DNA of 64,000 bases. It comes from the human T2T-CHM13v2.0 reference genome, Homo sapiens. The position numbers and the translations under genes were made by a program. Within the stretch, counting starts at the first letter, position 1; each line of letters begins with the position of its first letter. The DNA lies in NCBI RefSeq assembly GCF_009914755.1, contig NC_060932.1; one strand, given 5' to 3'. The notes beneath the pieces are model-generated. The model saw nothing but the letters and a program-made list of their open reading frames with translations, ran no database searches and was not told where the DNA came from. Positions 1-22,950 of this stretch are shown in pieces.

Positions 1-14
1 ATAGGAAGGACCAT
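1..14 (-). CDS. PRKDC: PRKDC exon 46, 5' part only: (D)GPSY, includes S2023 at the start of the PQR cluster
   Basis: Minus strand reads tttcag|ATGGTCCTTCCTAT. It completes the GAT codon with the final G of exon 45. Confidence 0.93.
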
Positions 15-489
15 CTGAAATATAAAAAAGGAGAAAATTACATGTATTCAAACATAATTAGTAAGAAATGTATTTCTCTAAATTCAAATGATATGAAAAT
101 TAAAGCACATTTTAATCTAAGGTTTTCATCAAGCCAGTGATTATTAACCTATTATCCAGATTAAGAAAGCAAAAAAGAAATGGGGAAAAGACCTCATTTT
201 CTTTTTGTTGTTATCAAGCAGTTATTCTGTCATAGACAAGGAAATTGTTATACTGGTCCAATTTTGCATATGATTAACACATTTTCTTTGCATTTAAAAT
301 TTTGATGATGTACATTTTGCCCATTAAGTCTAACAAAAATGTGGGAAGAAATACCACTGAAAAGCAGCTAATCCAAAACACCTAAGAGATTTAGAAAACT
401 GGTCCAAATTTTATTCTCATATCAAGAAATGATGATAAAGCTATAAGGAAAAATTAAGCAAAAAACAAAAACAAGGAGCATATAGAGGG

Positions 490-780
490 ATAGTGGACTA
501 ATTTTAAATAGGGAGGCCAGGAAGAGTCTACTTCAGGGGTTGACATTAAACAAAATGTCATGAGGTATGCTAATACCTGGGGTTGAGGGTATTAGAGGAA
601 ACTGCAAGTGCACACGACCTAGGGCAAAAGCAGGCCTGGCGCCTACAAGGCACAGGCAAGAGCCATATGCTGGAGTGAGCAGTAAGAAGGGCTGCAGGGG
701 AGGGAGTCGGCAGGTCAGGGGCCTTGAGCAGCTCTGTCCTGCCGGAGATGGGAACCCACAGTGAGGCTGGGCACAGAAGA
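490..780 (+). mobile_element. Degenerate L2-like fragment
   Basis: Purine-rich stretch resembling the L2 3' region; recognised from memory, orientation uncertain. Confidence 0.4.
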
Positions 781-1133
781 GTGGCTCGAAAGGACTTGTA
801 TTCTAATGTAGACTTCTGAATGTATCTAAACAACATACAAACACAATCCATATGCAAACAATAAGACACCAAGCTAATTTTGTATTTTTAAAAAAGTGTA
901 ACATATCTGAACCCCGTCTGGCCACTCTGAGACCTTTCTATGCAGCTAAGTTTAGCTAAGTACATTTCTTTCAAAATATAATTCCATTTGCCACTTAAAA
1001 TACTTTTTCAAAGTCAATTTCAATGTTTTAGGGTACTTAAAGTATTTTCTATTTACATAAAAAATACTTTACTCCTCTATTTGTCTTAGAACAAAACAAA
1101 ACAAAATAACCCATCGATTTGAATCCTTTCTCA

Positions 1134-1226
<93 letters not shown>

Positions 1227-2316
1227 CTATTGGGAAGAACAAATAAACAATGTAAAACATTTTATAATAATAGTGATACTTTTTCTGTTTTAGTAGCAAT
1301 CTGGCAAAAAAAAAATTATAAATTTTTAAACAAAACAAAACAAATTTAAAAGCACTCAAAAATAACCTCAAAAAGAGACTAGTGAGTGTCCCTTAAGGAA
1401 AGCCCTTCCTGCAGATTCCCACAGAACTCGGCCCAGGCACTTAACCTCCATCTCAGCTCTGGTACAGCTCACTGCGTACAGTGTGTACCAAACTCTTATG
1501 CCTGGACTGCTGATAAATTCTATTTATCTCTGAACCTCAATTTATTCAAATCTAGTTATGATATATCATAGTGCTTGTAATTGTTGTAAAATATAGAAGT
1601 AACATACAGCATGTGTCTACACGCTTAATAAACTGGTGCTAATTTTGTTGTTTTTTAGTTCTTTGAACATATGCCTAGAAAACAATCCTAGTCTTGTTCA
1701 GAAGAAGTACAAGGCAGGATCAGCATTCACATGTAGTGGTGAAGCACTAAGACATGGTAGAGGTCAGCAGCTGTGTGGGGAAAGTGCACGCCATGGTGGA
1801 TGAGCTCAGCTCTCTGCCCACCTTCCCATTTCCAATGGGTGCTGAAGGCAGCAACCACCACATTCTCACCAACTGCCCAACTGCTGAGGCTGGCATGTCA
1901 ATCTGAGCTTGGCTAAAACAAACCTTGTCCCATCTGCCAGAGCAAGTCTTCCAGTTAACCCATGACTTTTCCATGATCCTGCCACGTTGCCCAAGCAAGG
2001 CCACTGTAAGGATCTCAACTTCTTTGACTGGAGCAATTCACTTAGAAAACAACTTCTGGGATATGTCCTAACACTTCCTTTTACTGGCACCGTCTTTCCT
2101 ACACATGTCAAGAGATGAAATCAAGTTCTGACAAATTTTGTAGTTGCCTGAGATTGTATCTGAAGCTACAATTGCCAGATTTTATAGAAACCACATGAAA
2201 CCACCAGTTTTTGTTGAAAGCCGACTTGAATATTGGCAACTTAACGTGTTTGACATAATATGGTTTTCTTTGTGAGCACTTGATAAGTTTTTTTTAACAT
2301 TGAAAATTTCACTCAC

Positions 2317-2382
2317 CTCAACTTCTACAGGAAAATTATAGCGGCGCTTCAGGTCGATCAGATTTTCAAAAATAAGCAAGTT
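2317..2382 (-). CDS. PRKDC: PRKDC exon 44: [22 protein letters not shown]
   Basis: 66 nt, cacag|AAC...GAG|gtgagt. Confidence 0.97.
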
Positions 2383-2531
2383 CTGTGAATACAAAGAATC
2401 ATATAAAAATAGCTGAATGGTGAAGATCCTCATAATCGATGTTACTTTAGAATTAATGCTATGTAATAGCTCATGGAAAAGCACTCCAGCTTTAAATATA
2501 CCTATGCAGAATTAAACGAACCACATCTTTA

Positions 2532-2825
<294 letters not shown>

Positions 2826-3652
2826 TCACACAACATGGCAATCACTGCTCAAGCCCAACAATGCCAGACAACAGGACCTAATGCCATTCAGCCTTTCTCG
2901 AGGGTCAGGCTTGTGCCAGGCAGAGTATTAGGCACTGGGAATATGAAAAGGAACATGTCATCCATCTCACAGCAAAGGCAGCATATATACATGGATCTTG
3001 CAACACAGTGGTCAGTGACGCAACGGCATCAAGTGCAGTAAGTAAAGAGAGGGAAGGAAGCAAGGAGGACAGACAACAGCCTAGTCATGACTGAACGGTG
3101 ACATCATTCACTGATGAGGTAAGACAGCACCAAGTAAGAGGAGGGTAATAATGAATTTGTTTGGTGATGCAAAATGTGATACGGCAAAAGTCTGTGTTCA
3201 ATATTTACTAGGAGGAGAACTCCATTAAAAGACAAGTTTTAGAGAAAATACATTTGATTACTTTTGTATTGTTTAGAATGCCTGTTAAAAAATATTTACT
3301 ATGCCTTTAATTTCAAATCTCAGAAAAAATAAAATACTCTAAATCTTTTGTTACTGAAAATCACAGCACTAAAAATATATCAAGCTATTCAAGGGGAAAA
3401 ACAGTAGGAAAAGAACAGTAAAAGGAAAAAGTTTTATTATTTGTAAAATATTAGTACAAGATAAAACAACTGTTATCCAATACACCCTAAATTAACGCCC
3501 TAATTAAAGTTCACCTAAGTGGTTTATAAGAAGAAAACTATAAAAGCTCAGTATCTAAATAAAATATTTATTCACACTATATACATACATAAAAATATAT
3601 GTACCCAAAGCATTGATAAATAAAATAGAATCCAAAATTAAGTAAAATCTTA

Positions 3653-3853
<201 letters not shown>

Positions 3854-4214
3854 TTATCTTTGGTCTTATTAAACATGAAATACATCTTATAGAATATATC
3901 AAATTTAATACTTAATATCCTTTAGACAGACAGAATTTTAACAGTCAAAAATGCTAAATCACTTCAATAAGAAAGCATGCAATTGTCCAGGTCTAGAACA
4001 CGAATATAAGCATTGATATGTTACACTGGTGAAGCAGGAAATAATGTGTGACATCCAAATAGTGAGCCAAGGGTAGAAAATGTTTGCACAAAATCTTACT
4101 GAAGACATGGGAACAACAGGTGAAAATCCAAAATTCTCAGCTATTTTGAAGTCTGCATTAACAATGCAGCATCTGGGTATTCATAGTATTTCCCAACAGG
4201 ATTCCGAGGGAGGC

Positions 4215-4670
4215 TGAGTGATACATCCTGCCCTCGCCCCACAAAAAGTATCCAAAAGATGCCCTCATCCCTGAAACCTACCTCCTCATGTGGCAAAAAA
4301 GGACTTTGTAGACAAAATTTAGTTAAGGGCCTTGTGATGAGGAGATTATTTTGGATTGTACAGGTGGGTAGGCCATAAATGAAATCACAGGCAACCTTGT
4401 AAGAAGGATGTGTAGGGAGATTAGATAGACAGGAAATGGAAATGTGACCAGGGAGGAAGAGACCAGGGTGAAACCAGCACAAGCCAAGCAATGCTGGCAG
4501 CCCCTAGGACCGCCAGGAACAGCTCTTCCCTGAGTTCCCAGAGTGAGCGTGGCCCTGACAACACTGTGATGTCAGCCCAGTGAAACTGATTCTGGACTTC
4601 TGGCCTCCAGAAGTGTAAGAGAATATCCAAATTTGCGTTAAGTTGTTACAGAAGCCACAGGAAATAAAGG
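4215..4670 (+). mobile_element. MLT1-type MaLR solo LTR
   Basis: Typical MLT1 motifs: ggcaaaaaaggactttgtaga, gagattattttggatt, tggacttctggcctccagaa. Confidence 0.75.
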
Positions 4671-4789
4671 CAGATCCCATGTAGCCACAGACTGTTATGT
4701 GGCACACTCCTTGAACAGCAGAGGCCATGTGACTGAGCACACAGCAGTGTCTAGGCACACCAGTCAAGTAGGCTGCTCACTTCTTATTA

Positions 4790-5119
<330 letters not shown>

Positions 5120-5360
5120 TTACAAAAATAACTTTAAGGACTATATATATGCAAAATCCACAAAACACAAAAAGCATTTGCACATGAACCATACTACTTT
5201 TATCCACTCCCCAAAATCTTCAAATCAAACATGGGCATTAAAAAGAAGAATGTTTCATTTACTTTCAAATCTGGTCTTGCTTAAAGAACATCTGGAAGGC
5301 TCTAGAAGAATCTCAAGCCTAAAAAATAGACACATTTCTAGGATATAAAACTCAGAAGTT

Positions 5361-5660
<300 letters not shown>

Positions 5661-5999
5661 TTATGATTTTAAAATTCTAGTTTCTCCCTACCAGTGAACC
5701 ACCATTGCTATTTCCCAAACAGAAATATACCTGTCTATCTGGTCCTTTATTTTCTCACCTGAAAATAATATATTTGAATAATCATCTATAAAGTTTTGTC
5801 TATAAATCTATAAATTAAGAATGCAGAGTTAGTATCTTCATCTGTAAAAATAAGAGGGTTAAGACTAAATGGCCATTAAAATTCTGATGCTATGAAGTTA
5901 GATAACCAGGTCAAAAATACTAGATTCAGAAAGTAACTCAGTCATAAAAAGACTATAGGACACTACTAGATGCCATACAGGATTTGCAAAGTTTATTTG

Positions 6000-6652
<653 letters not shown>

Positions 6653-7122
6653 GGCACCATCCTAGGCTCATTTTCTCTTGAGGAGCTTTCCACTAGCAAG
6701 CACAGTAGAGATGCACATAAAACATCTGACTCTTACCTAAAAAGCTAAGATAGTAAGGAGAAGCAAAATAAAAAGAGCAAAGACCTAATGTTAAAAATGG
6801 GCCCACAGATGATTTACTGAAAAATGCAAATTAAATATATAAAAATATGCCTGACTTTACTCATAATAAAAGAAAAATTAAGGTAACAAAGGGAAACCCT
6901 TTCTCACCTATAAATTGGAAAAAATCTGAATGTTTCACAATGTTGGCCAGACAGTAGTGAAACAGATACACTAGTATATTACAAATAAGGGAGGAATGCA
7001 AATAATACAGCCCCAAAAGAAGCAATACAGACATACCTGGCAAAATTACAAATGTACTTACCTTTTCATCTGCATTTAGGAATCTACCCCAAAGATACAC
7101 GGGCAAATACAAGATGATATAA

Positions 7123-7383
<261 letters not shown>

Positions 7384-8532
7384 TGAAGAATTAAACACTA
7401 ATTTTTTAAGACAAAGAATGAGGAAGATTTCTATATGCTGATAGGGCGAGATCTGTACAAGACACAAGTGGAAGAGATAGGAAGGTGATGGGGCAAAAGA
7501 GGAACAAGAGAAGGGCCCGAGATGGAAGGAAGATCCTCTGAATTGCAGCTCATTATATAGCTTTGATTTTAGTCATGTAAATATCATACATGTTCAAAAT
7601 GAAAATTGAGTCAAAAGAAAAAACAAAATTTCTAAAATTTGAAAGTTAAATAAGCACTACTAATTGGTGTAATAACCACACATCAAGAAAAAACTACATC
7701 AAATGATTTTGGAACACAAAATTTGACTGTATATCCTTAGATGGCATGTACTAAGAAAATTATAGCTAAAATGAAAAATTTAAACTTCATCTAGCTGTCA
7801 TTATTCTATGTAATCATACTGGTATTGTTATTTTTGAAAGTATTTTGTGCATATTGTAAAGCCATTGAGTAATTATAGACTATCACTGGAAACATTAGAA
7901 AGGAAAAGAGAACAAGATGCACAGCGTAAAGGAATAAGAAAAGAAGTTACATTAAAATCCTGTAAAACAGAAAAAAGAATAAGAAAAAAATTTTAATAGT
8001 AAAAAATTTAGTTGCCTTTTATTTATTTTTGTTTATTTTTTCAGGCTCTCTGGCCTTGTTCCCAATCTCAGGAGGAAGCATGCACTCCTTCACTATTACA
8101 TATTTTGTTGGCTATTGGTTTTTCATAGACAGCCTTTGTCAGTTTTATCACAAATGGATGTTGTAGTTTGTCAAAAGTCTTCCTGCATCTACTGAAATTA
8201 TAATGAGTTTTCTTCCTTTATTCTATTATATGGTATCTAAGACTAACTGATTCCCAGAGAGAAAAGCAACCTTTCATTCTTACAATAAACACCAATAGGT
8301 TATGGCGTATAATGTTTTGTGGGTGTTGCTGAATAGCTTAATGTATCTTTAAAAATTTTTGTGTTTATATTCATGAAGGATACTTACTGGTCTATAGTTT
8401 TCTTGTGCTGTCTTTCTCTTATGTTGGTCTTGTTACTCGCCTCACAAAAGGAGTTGGGAAGTATTCCTTCCTCCTCTATATCCTGAAGGGTTTATGAACT
8501 ACTGGTACAATTTCTTTTTAAATATTTTAATT

Positions 8533-8845
8533 CCGGGTATGGCGGCTCACACTTGTAATCCCAGCAATTTGGAGGCTGAGAAAGAAGGATCATCTGAGCT
8601 TATGAGTTCAAGACCAGCCCAGGCAATTTAGGAAGAACCTCTCTACGTTTAAAAAAAAAAAAAGAAAGAAGAAAAAAGGCTGGGCGTGATAGCATGCCTG
8701 TAGTTCCAGCTACTAGGCAGGCTGAAGGAAGACCACTTGAGCCCAGAAGTCAAGGCTGCAGTGAGCCATGATCATGCCACTGCCCTCCAGTATGGGCAAT
8801 AGAGCAAGACCTTATCTCAAAAATAATAAATGAATGAATGAATGA
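8533..8845 (+). mobile_element. AluJ-like
   Basis: Diverged dimer with a (GAAT)n-type tail. Confidence 0.9.
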
Positions 8846-8856
8846 TAAAATTCAAT

Positions 8857-14716
<5,860 letters not shown>

Positions 14717-14730
14717 ATATTACATATCTG

Positions 14731-15322
<592 letters not shown>

Positions 15323-16634
15323 GCTATGTAGGTCTGGGATTTCCTTCACAGAAAGATTTTTAATTATTAATTCAATTTGATTACTTGTTGGGGGTGTATT
15401 CACACATTTTATTTCTTCTTGAGTCAGTTTTGGTAATTTACGACTTTCTATGAATTTGCCCATTTTGCTTAAGTTGCTGAATTTGCTGGCCTAATATTTT
15501 TCGTAATATTCGCTTATAATCTTCTTACAGTTTCTGAGAGGTCAGTGGTAATATCCACCTCTTTTCATTCTTAGTTTTGACAAACTGTGGTTCTTCCTTT
15601 ATTTTTGGCTAGCCTAGCTAATGGTTTGTCAACTCCTTTAGCTTTGATTGTGAAAACAAATACTGATTTTTCTCCACCATTTTTCTGTTTCCTATTCCCT
15701 TCCTTTGTATTACCTTGGTTTAGTTTTTTTCTTTTTCTAGATTTTAAGGTAAAAAGTTCAGATTACTAATTTAAATCTTTCCTATTTTCAAACACAGGAA
15801 TTAAAAGATACAAATTTCCCTCTGAACACCTATTTAGTTGCATCACATTTGGATAAGCTTTATTCTTATTTTATTCAGATCAAAATGCTATCTGACTTCC
15901 TTTGTAATTTCTTATTTCACCCAAGGGCTATTTAGAAATATATTATTTACAAACATTTTCAGATTCCCAAAATTTCCTTGTGTTGTTGAATTCTAATTTA
16001 ACTTCACTTTGGACAGAGAACATGCTTTGTATGATTTCAATCTTTTAAAATTTATCAAGACTTGTTTTTATGGTCTAGTATATAGTCTGTCCTAAAGAAT
16101 GCTGCAGGTATGCTCCAAAAGAATGTGTTCTGCTGCCGTGCAGAATTCTGTTTTATAGTTGGTTAATTATGATATTTTTAAAAATATCAGTAGAAAGGAA
16201 TGAACTATGTCATGGATGAACATCAAAAATATTACGCTGAACAAAGAAGCCAGGAATAAGAGATCACATATTGTATGATTCCACTTATATAAAATGTCCA
16301 GAGAAGGCAGATTTATAAAGACAGAAAGTAGATTAGTGTTTGCGTGGAGCTAGGATCAGCAATGGCAGTCAACTGTAAATGGTCCTGTGGGGTCTTACTG
16401 GGGAATAAAAATGTTATATGGTGCTGGTTGCATACTCAATAAACTACCTAAAAATCATGGAACTATATACTTACAGTGGGTGAAGTTTATGATCTGTAAA
16501 ATACAACTCAAGACAAATTTACATGGATATTTACAAATTCAATATAGATAAATGCCAATTTTAAAAATTCATTGGAAGTTTACTATGAGGAGTAGCCATG
16601 GCATCAAACCCTTACTTCAAAAATCAATAATCGG

Positions 16635-16930
<296 letters not shown>

Positions 16931-17079
16931 TCAACAATCAGATATGTCCTATCCTTCCCACTGTATTTTTGCTAAAATACTAAATTGCATTTTTGGTAAC
17001 CAAACAATCCGAGTGATGAGACCTTCATTACACTGTAATTCCAGGCACTAAATTTAGAAGGAATAAAAGAATCAGAAAA

Positions 17080-17850
17080 ATGGCCATTTGCAACTCTTAA
17101 TGAAATAAGTGATTCAGGGCAATCATCATAAATAGAGCTAAACCATGAGGAAAATACAATCATGCACATGGCTAGTCAATCCTAGCATCACTAAAAGCAG
17201 GATCACCAGACATTATGCACCTCCTAATGCCGTGAATAAGAAGTATAAAGTATCAACTATTAGTCTTGCCAAAATTTCAACCTGAATCTAACTGTGCTTT
17301 TAGACATAACTTTCCATTTACAGAAAATCCAAGGGCTAGAGGAAGAAGTTCAATGAAAGCAAAAGAATCAGATAAATCCAGAATATAAGACATTATACAG
17401 GACAAGTGTCCAAGTATCTCCAAAAACAAAATAAATAATAGAGGAGACTGTTTTAAATGCAGACTGAAGAGACATAACAGTGAAATGCCATGTATGAACC
17501 TTGTTTGGACCAAATTTCAAATAAGCCAACACTGTCATCTTGTTTGAGACTACTGAGGAAATCTGACTATGGAATTACTGATAATTTCGTTCAGTTGATA
17601 ATGGTACTATGGCTATTCAAGAAAACTGCTTTAAGAGACATATACAGAAGGATTTAAGAGGTGAAACGACATGGTGTCACAGATTTGCTTTAAATTACAA
17701 TAGCAGTAGCAAAAAAGAAAAATGATAAAAGGCCAAGATGAAGCTTGGAAAATGCTGAACTTTGTTCAATCTGGGGCCTTATTTATACTCTTCCTCTAGC
17801 TTTGTGTATGTTTGAAAATTATAATAATAAAAGTTTTGTTTTAAAGACAA
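17080..17850 (+). mobile_element. Old L1 (L1MC/ME-like) 3' fragment
   Basis: Motifs resembling old L1 3'UTRs; recognised from memory. Confidence 0.55.
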
Positions 17851-17977
17851 AAAACTAAAATAAAGTTTAGTAGCAAGAATATAATTGCCACTCAGCTTTT
17901 TTTTTGGAACAGAGAGGATAATTTCCCACAAAACTGAAATGCGTATGGTTCCTGAGATCCCAGGCCAGAATGACTTA

Positions 17978-18106
<129 letters not shown>

Positions 18107-18346
18107 CTAGAAAAAATACATCAACATCATTAAAATTTTGTTGGGTTTTACTTTTGCTTCAATAGTTAAATTATATACTAAAAATATAAAAAGTTTCTTA
18201 TATAATAAAAAATATAACATACAGAAAAATACACCAGAATTTCACAGACTTAACAAATACCAGTATTTCTGTCATTTTTACAAATATTGTTGAGTGGCTG
18301 GTATATATCAATGTTCACTATATACTGAGCCTAGATTCTTTCTAGG

Positions 18347-18660
18347 TTTTTTTTTAGGTTTTTTTTTTTTTTTTTTGGAGACACAGTCTTGCTCTGTTGC
18401 CCAGGCTGGAGTGCAGTGACACGATCTCGGCTCACTGCAAACTCCGCCTCCCAGGTTTCACGCCATTATCCTGCCTCAGCCTTCCGAGTAGCTGGGACTA
18501 CAGGCGCCCGCCACCACGCCTGGCTAATTGTTTGTATTTTTAGTAGAGACGGGGTTTCACCGTGTTAGCCAGGATGGTCTCGATCTCCTGACCTGGTGAT
18601 CTGCCCTCCTCGGCCACCCAAAGTGCTGGGATTACAGGCGTGAGCCACTGTACCTAGCCC
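18347..18660 (-). mobile_element. AluY-like
   Basis: Contains ccgtgttagccaggatggtctcgatctcc. Confidence 0.95.
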
Positions 18661-19129
18661 CTATTCTTTTTAGGTTTTGCAGATGCTACTCTTCTCTGCA
18701 TCTCAGGTTCTGAGAGTACATGGAGACGTGCCTTCAACAGGCCCCCCTCCTTCACCATGCCAGGGACTCTCGCCCTTACTCTGATTCTGGTAATGTGCAT
18801 CTTTTCCACACCGTCCTCGCTACAGAGGGGATATCCCAGGCCGCTCCCCCGATGTTCTCATCTTGACTCTCCCCTTCTCCATCTCAGTTTCTGTTCTGCT
18901 TTCTAGGAGATACCCTTAATTTTATCTTCAGAATAGAACAAGTATGTTTTATTTAAATTTTGCTTCTGCATATTTAATTTCCAAGGATCCTTATCCTATC
19001 TCATGGACATAATACCTTCTTTCATCTCTGAAACTGTTGTGTGCAGTTTCCACTGCACTTCAGCCTAGACGACAGAGCAAGACTCTGTCTCAAAACAAAA
19101 GAAAACAAAACAAAACAAAAAACACCAAT

Positions 19130-19252
19130 GTATTTCATGTCTATGTCCAGACTTGAGTCCTATCCCCGGGATATCTCATGTATACACAAACATTCCAAAA
19201 TCCGAAACACTTCTGGTTCCAAGCATTTCAGATAAGGGATGCTCAACCTATC
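19130..19252 (+). mobile_element. MER2 (Tigger-family) terminal fragment, preceded by an Alu 3' fragment at about 19050-19125
   Basis: aaatccgaaacacttctggttccaagcatttcagataagggatgctcaacct. Confidence 0.75.
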
Positions 19253-19509
19253 ATATTAGGGATAATCACGAAATGCTTCTCAAATAATCGCTACTCTATT
19301 AAATTTTAGAAACTGGAAATTATTGGTAATATTCTATTTCTTAGCTTCTTTTGGTATTACTCTTCATAACTTACATATATTTTACACATTCCATTTTACA
19401 CATAAAATATTTCACAATTAAAAATGGGAGAAAAAAACAAATTCCAGTGGATTCACATATACTCCTGTCACTGCTTTCCAAGTGAATTAAATGAATTCTC
19501 AGGCCACAC

Positions 19510-19628
19510 ACACATAAATAAATGGGACATGGTGCTGATTCAGTATGTGCTTCCTCTTCTACAAATAATGACCCTAGTAAAAATGTACTGTACAAGCTTT
19601 GTGTAGAAAGAACATTTTGAATAACCTA
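19510..19628 (+). repeat. Direct repeat copy 1 (119 bp)
   Basis: 117/119 identical to 20456-20574. Confidence 0.95.
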
Positions 19629-19736
19629 TTGGGTGGTTTACAACTTCTCTGATTGTGGATATTTTACTCACCTCTTTTCATCAAGATATGTAACAAGAAA
19701 AAAAAAACAGTGTTTTAATTTTACTTGATACTACTA

Positions 19737-19955
<219 letters not shown>

Positions 19956-20089
19956 TTATATATCCTACAGAATAAATAAAATTACTGTAAGACATTGCAA
20001 ATAAAGCATTATGTGGAATCAATGAATGGCTTCACCATAATTTCTAAATTATATTAAAAACCAACATGAATACAATTCTATACCTCAGC

Positions 20090-20403
20090 TTTTTTTTTTT
20101 TTTTTTTTTTTTTGAGACAGAGTCTCACTCTGTCACCCAGGCTGGAGAGCAGTGGCATGATCTTAGTAGGCTCACTGCAACCTCCGCCTCCCGGGTTCAA
20201 GTGATTCTCCCTGCCTCAGCCTCCAGAGTAGCTGGGATTACAGGCGCCTGCCACTATGCCTGGCTAATTCTTTTCATATTTTTCATAGAGACGGGGTTTT
20301 GCCATGTTGGCCAGGCTGGTCTCAAACTCCTGCCCTCAGGAGATTCACCTGCCTTGGCCTCCCAAAATGTTGCGATTACAGGCGTGAGCCACCGCACCCA
20401 GCC
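20090..20403 (-). mobile_element. AluS
   Basis: Full dimer; TSD tatacctcagcttt. Confidence 0.95.
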
Positions 20404-20455
20404 TATACCTCAGCTTTGACTCTTACCCAGGCTAGTTGGTTGACGCCAGCTATGG

Positions 20456-20574
20456 ACACATAAATAAATGGGACATGGTGCTGATTCGGTATGTGCTTCC
20501 TCTTCTACAAATAATGAACCTAGTAAAAATGTACTGTACAAGCTTTGTGTAGAAAGAACATTTTGAATAACCTA
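20456..20574 (+). repeat. Direct repeat copy 2 (119 bp)
   Basis: 117/119 identical to 19510-19628; offset 946 bp. Confidence 0.95.
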
Positions 20575-21026
20575 AGGAGGAGTTTACAACTACACATTGC
20601 AGAACTACAGAAGAACTTCATACTGAGCTTAACAAGAACTAGGAGTTGACTCCTGTTCTCCCTCGCATGGCAGAAAATTCCAAGACTGTCTATGGAGAAA
20701 TGGGAAACTTGATTAATCACACAGCAGAAAATTCCAAAGAATTATCCCCTTTATCCAGTAAAAAGGTCCCTTGAATTAAGGCCACTTTTCAGTAGGGTTT
20801 AAAATCTAATTGTTCTAGGACTTTAAAATTAGTAACCCTTAAAATGACAGTATTTATTAATTCTTGACCCTAAAAATCACCAAAAATTTTTATATTATTT
20901 TAATAGAAAAATGACTGAGTAATAAAGTCATTATAGCACAAAAAGCCAATTTAAATAATATGTATGCAAACACAAATGTTAATTCATCCAAATATGATAA
21001 TCTTATACTTTAAAAGAAATGTTCTA

Positions 21027-21372
21027 GGCCGGGTGTGGTGGCTCACACCTGTAACCCCAGCACTTTGGGAGGCCGAGGCAGGCAGATCACTTGAAGTCAG
21101 GAGTTTGAGACCAGCCTGGCCACTATGGTGAAATATACTAAAAATAAAAACATTAGCCAGGCCTGGTGGCGCACACCTGTGATCCCAGCTACTTGGGAGG
21201 CTGAGGCACAAGAATCACTTGAACCCAAGAGGCGGAGGTTGCAGTGAGCCATGATTGTGCCACTGTACTTCAGCCTGGGTGACAGAGCGAGACTGTCTAA
21301 AAAAAAAAAAAAAAAAGAAAGCAAGAAAGCAAGAAAGCAAGAAAGCAAGCAAGCAAGCAAGAAAGAAAGAAA
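21027..21372 (+). mobile_element. AluS with a (GAAA/GCAA)n microsatellite tail
   Basis: TSD agaaatgttct. Confidence 0.93.
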
Positions 21373-21607
21373 TGTTCTCATGTCTTGGAGAGGCACACTG
21401 AACTGAAGCAGATACAGGTCAGATAACACACCCGGCCTGCTTGGCCTTCCTTGCCTGCTGACGGGTGGGTTGACCGCACAGGTGAAACAAACACACCCAC
21501 ACAGGATGGTTATCGAGACTGGCTAATAAGTACGGGGGATTACTGTGCTAGTCTCCCTACATTTGAACACGTTTGAAATTTTCCATAATAAAAAATAAAA
21601 AACATCA

Positions 21608-21775
<168 letters not shown>

Positions 21776-22127
21776 CTAAAGGAAGGAAAAGAAAAACAGG
21801 ACACATTTGTATATTACATCTCTATTTCCTTTAGCCCATTGCTCAAATGTTTAAATTCCAGAAATGAATTGTTAATTTAATTTTGGGCTTCAATAATATT
21901 TTCACAATCTTATTGTAAAACATTGTAATACTATCTGTTAGGACAATACATGCAAAGGTACTTTAAAAAGATATAGCATAAGAAATAGTAAGTCTAATAA
22001 ATAATGGAAAAAGTTTAAAAAGGTAAATATAAGCAACCATCCTGTCAAAATATTTTCTTATTTGTCAAACCAATGAGCTTTTGGAGCAACCTCCATCAAA
22101 TTTTAAAGACACAAGTTACAGAGTTCA

Positions 22128-22415
<288 letters not shown>

Positions 22416-22632
22416 TTACCTTTATTTCAAAGCTATTCTTGGAAAATAAATAAGCTATTTCTATAATAGATGTTTATCTACTTCAAAACTCCTCGAGTTT
22501 GATTTGAGGTACACTTTAACCATAGTTTTTCCACAAAGTACAGGGTGGCCTTAGCTATGTCATCAGGCTCATCCAGCTTCTCCTGGCTTTCCTAGTCTGC
22601 GCAGTCTAGGAAAAAGGAGTCAGCTCTCTTCT

Positions 22633-22950
22633 GTCACCACCACCACCACTGTACATGCATGCACAAGCACACACAGGTGTACACGCACAAGCACACAAAT
22701 ATGCACATATGCACAAATGCACACTTCCTATCCCACCACCACTGTACATGCATGCACAAGCACACAGATGTACACACATAAGCAAACATGCACCCAAGCA
22801 CATACTTCCGGTCCCACCACCACCATACAGGCACACACTAGCACACACAGGTGTACACACACAAGCAAACATGCACACACGCAAACGCACACTTCTTGTT
22901 CAACTACCATCATACATGCACACCCACATTTTCTGTCTCACCACCACTCC
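22633..22950. repeat. CA-rich degenerate minisatellite (about 80-110 bp units); UG-rich on the pre-mRNA
   Basis: Recurring ccaccaccactgtacatgcatgcacaagcacaca...gtacac unit. Confidence 0.9.
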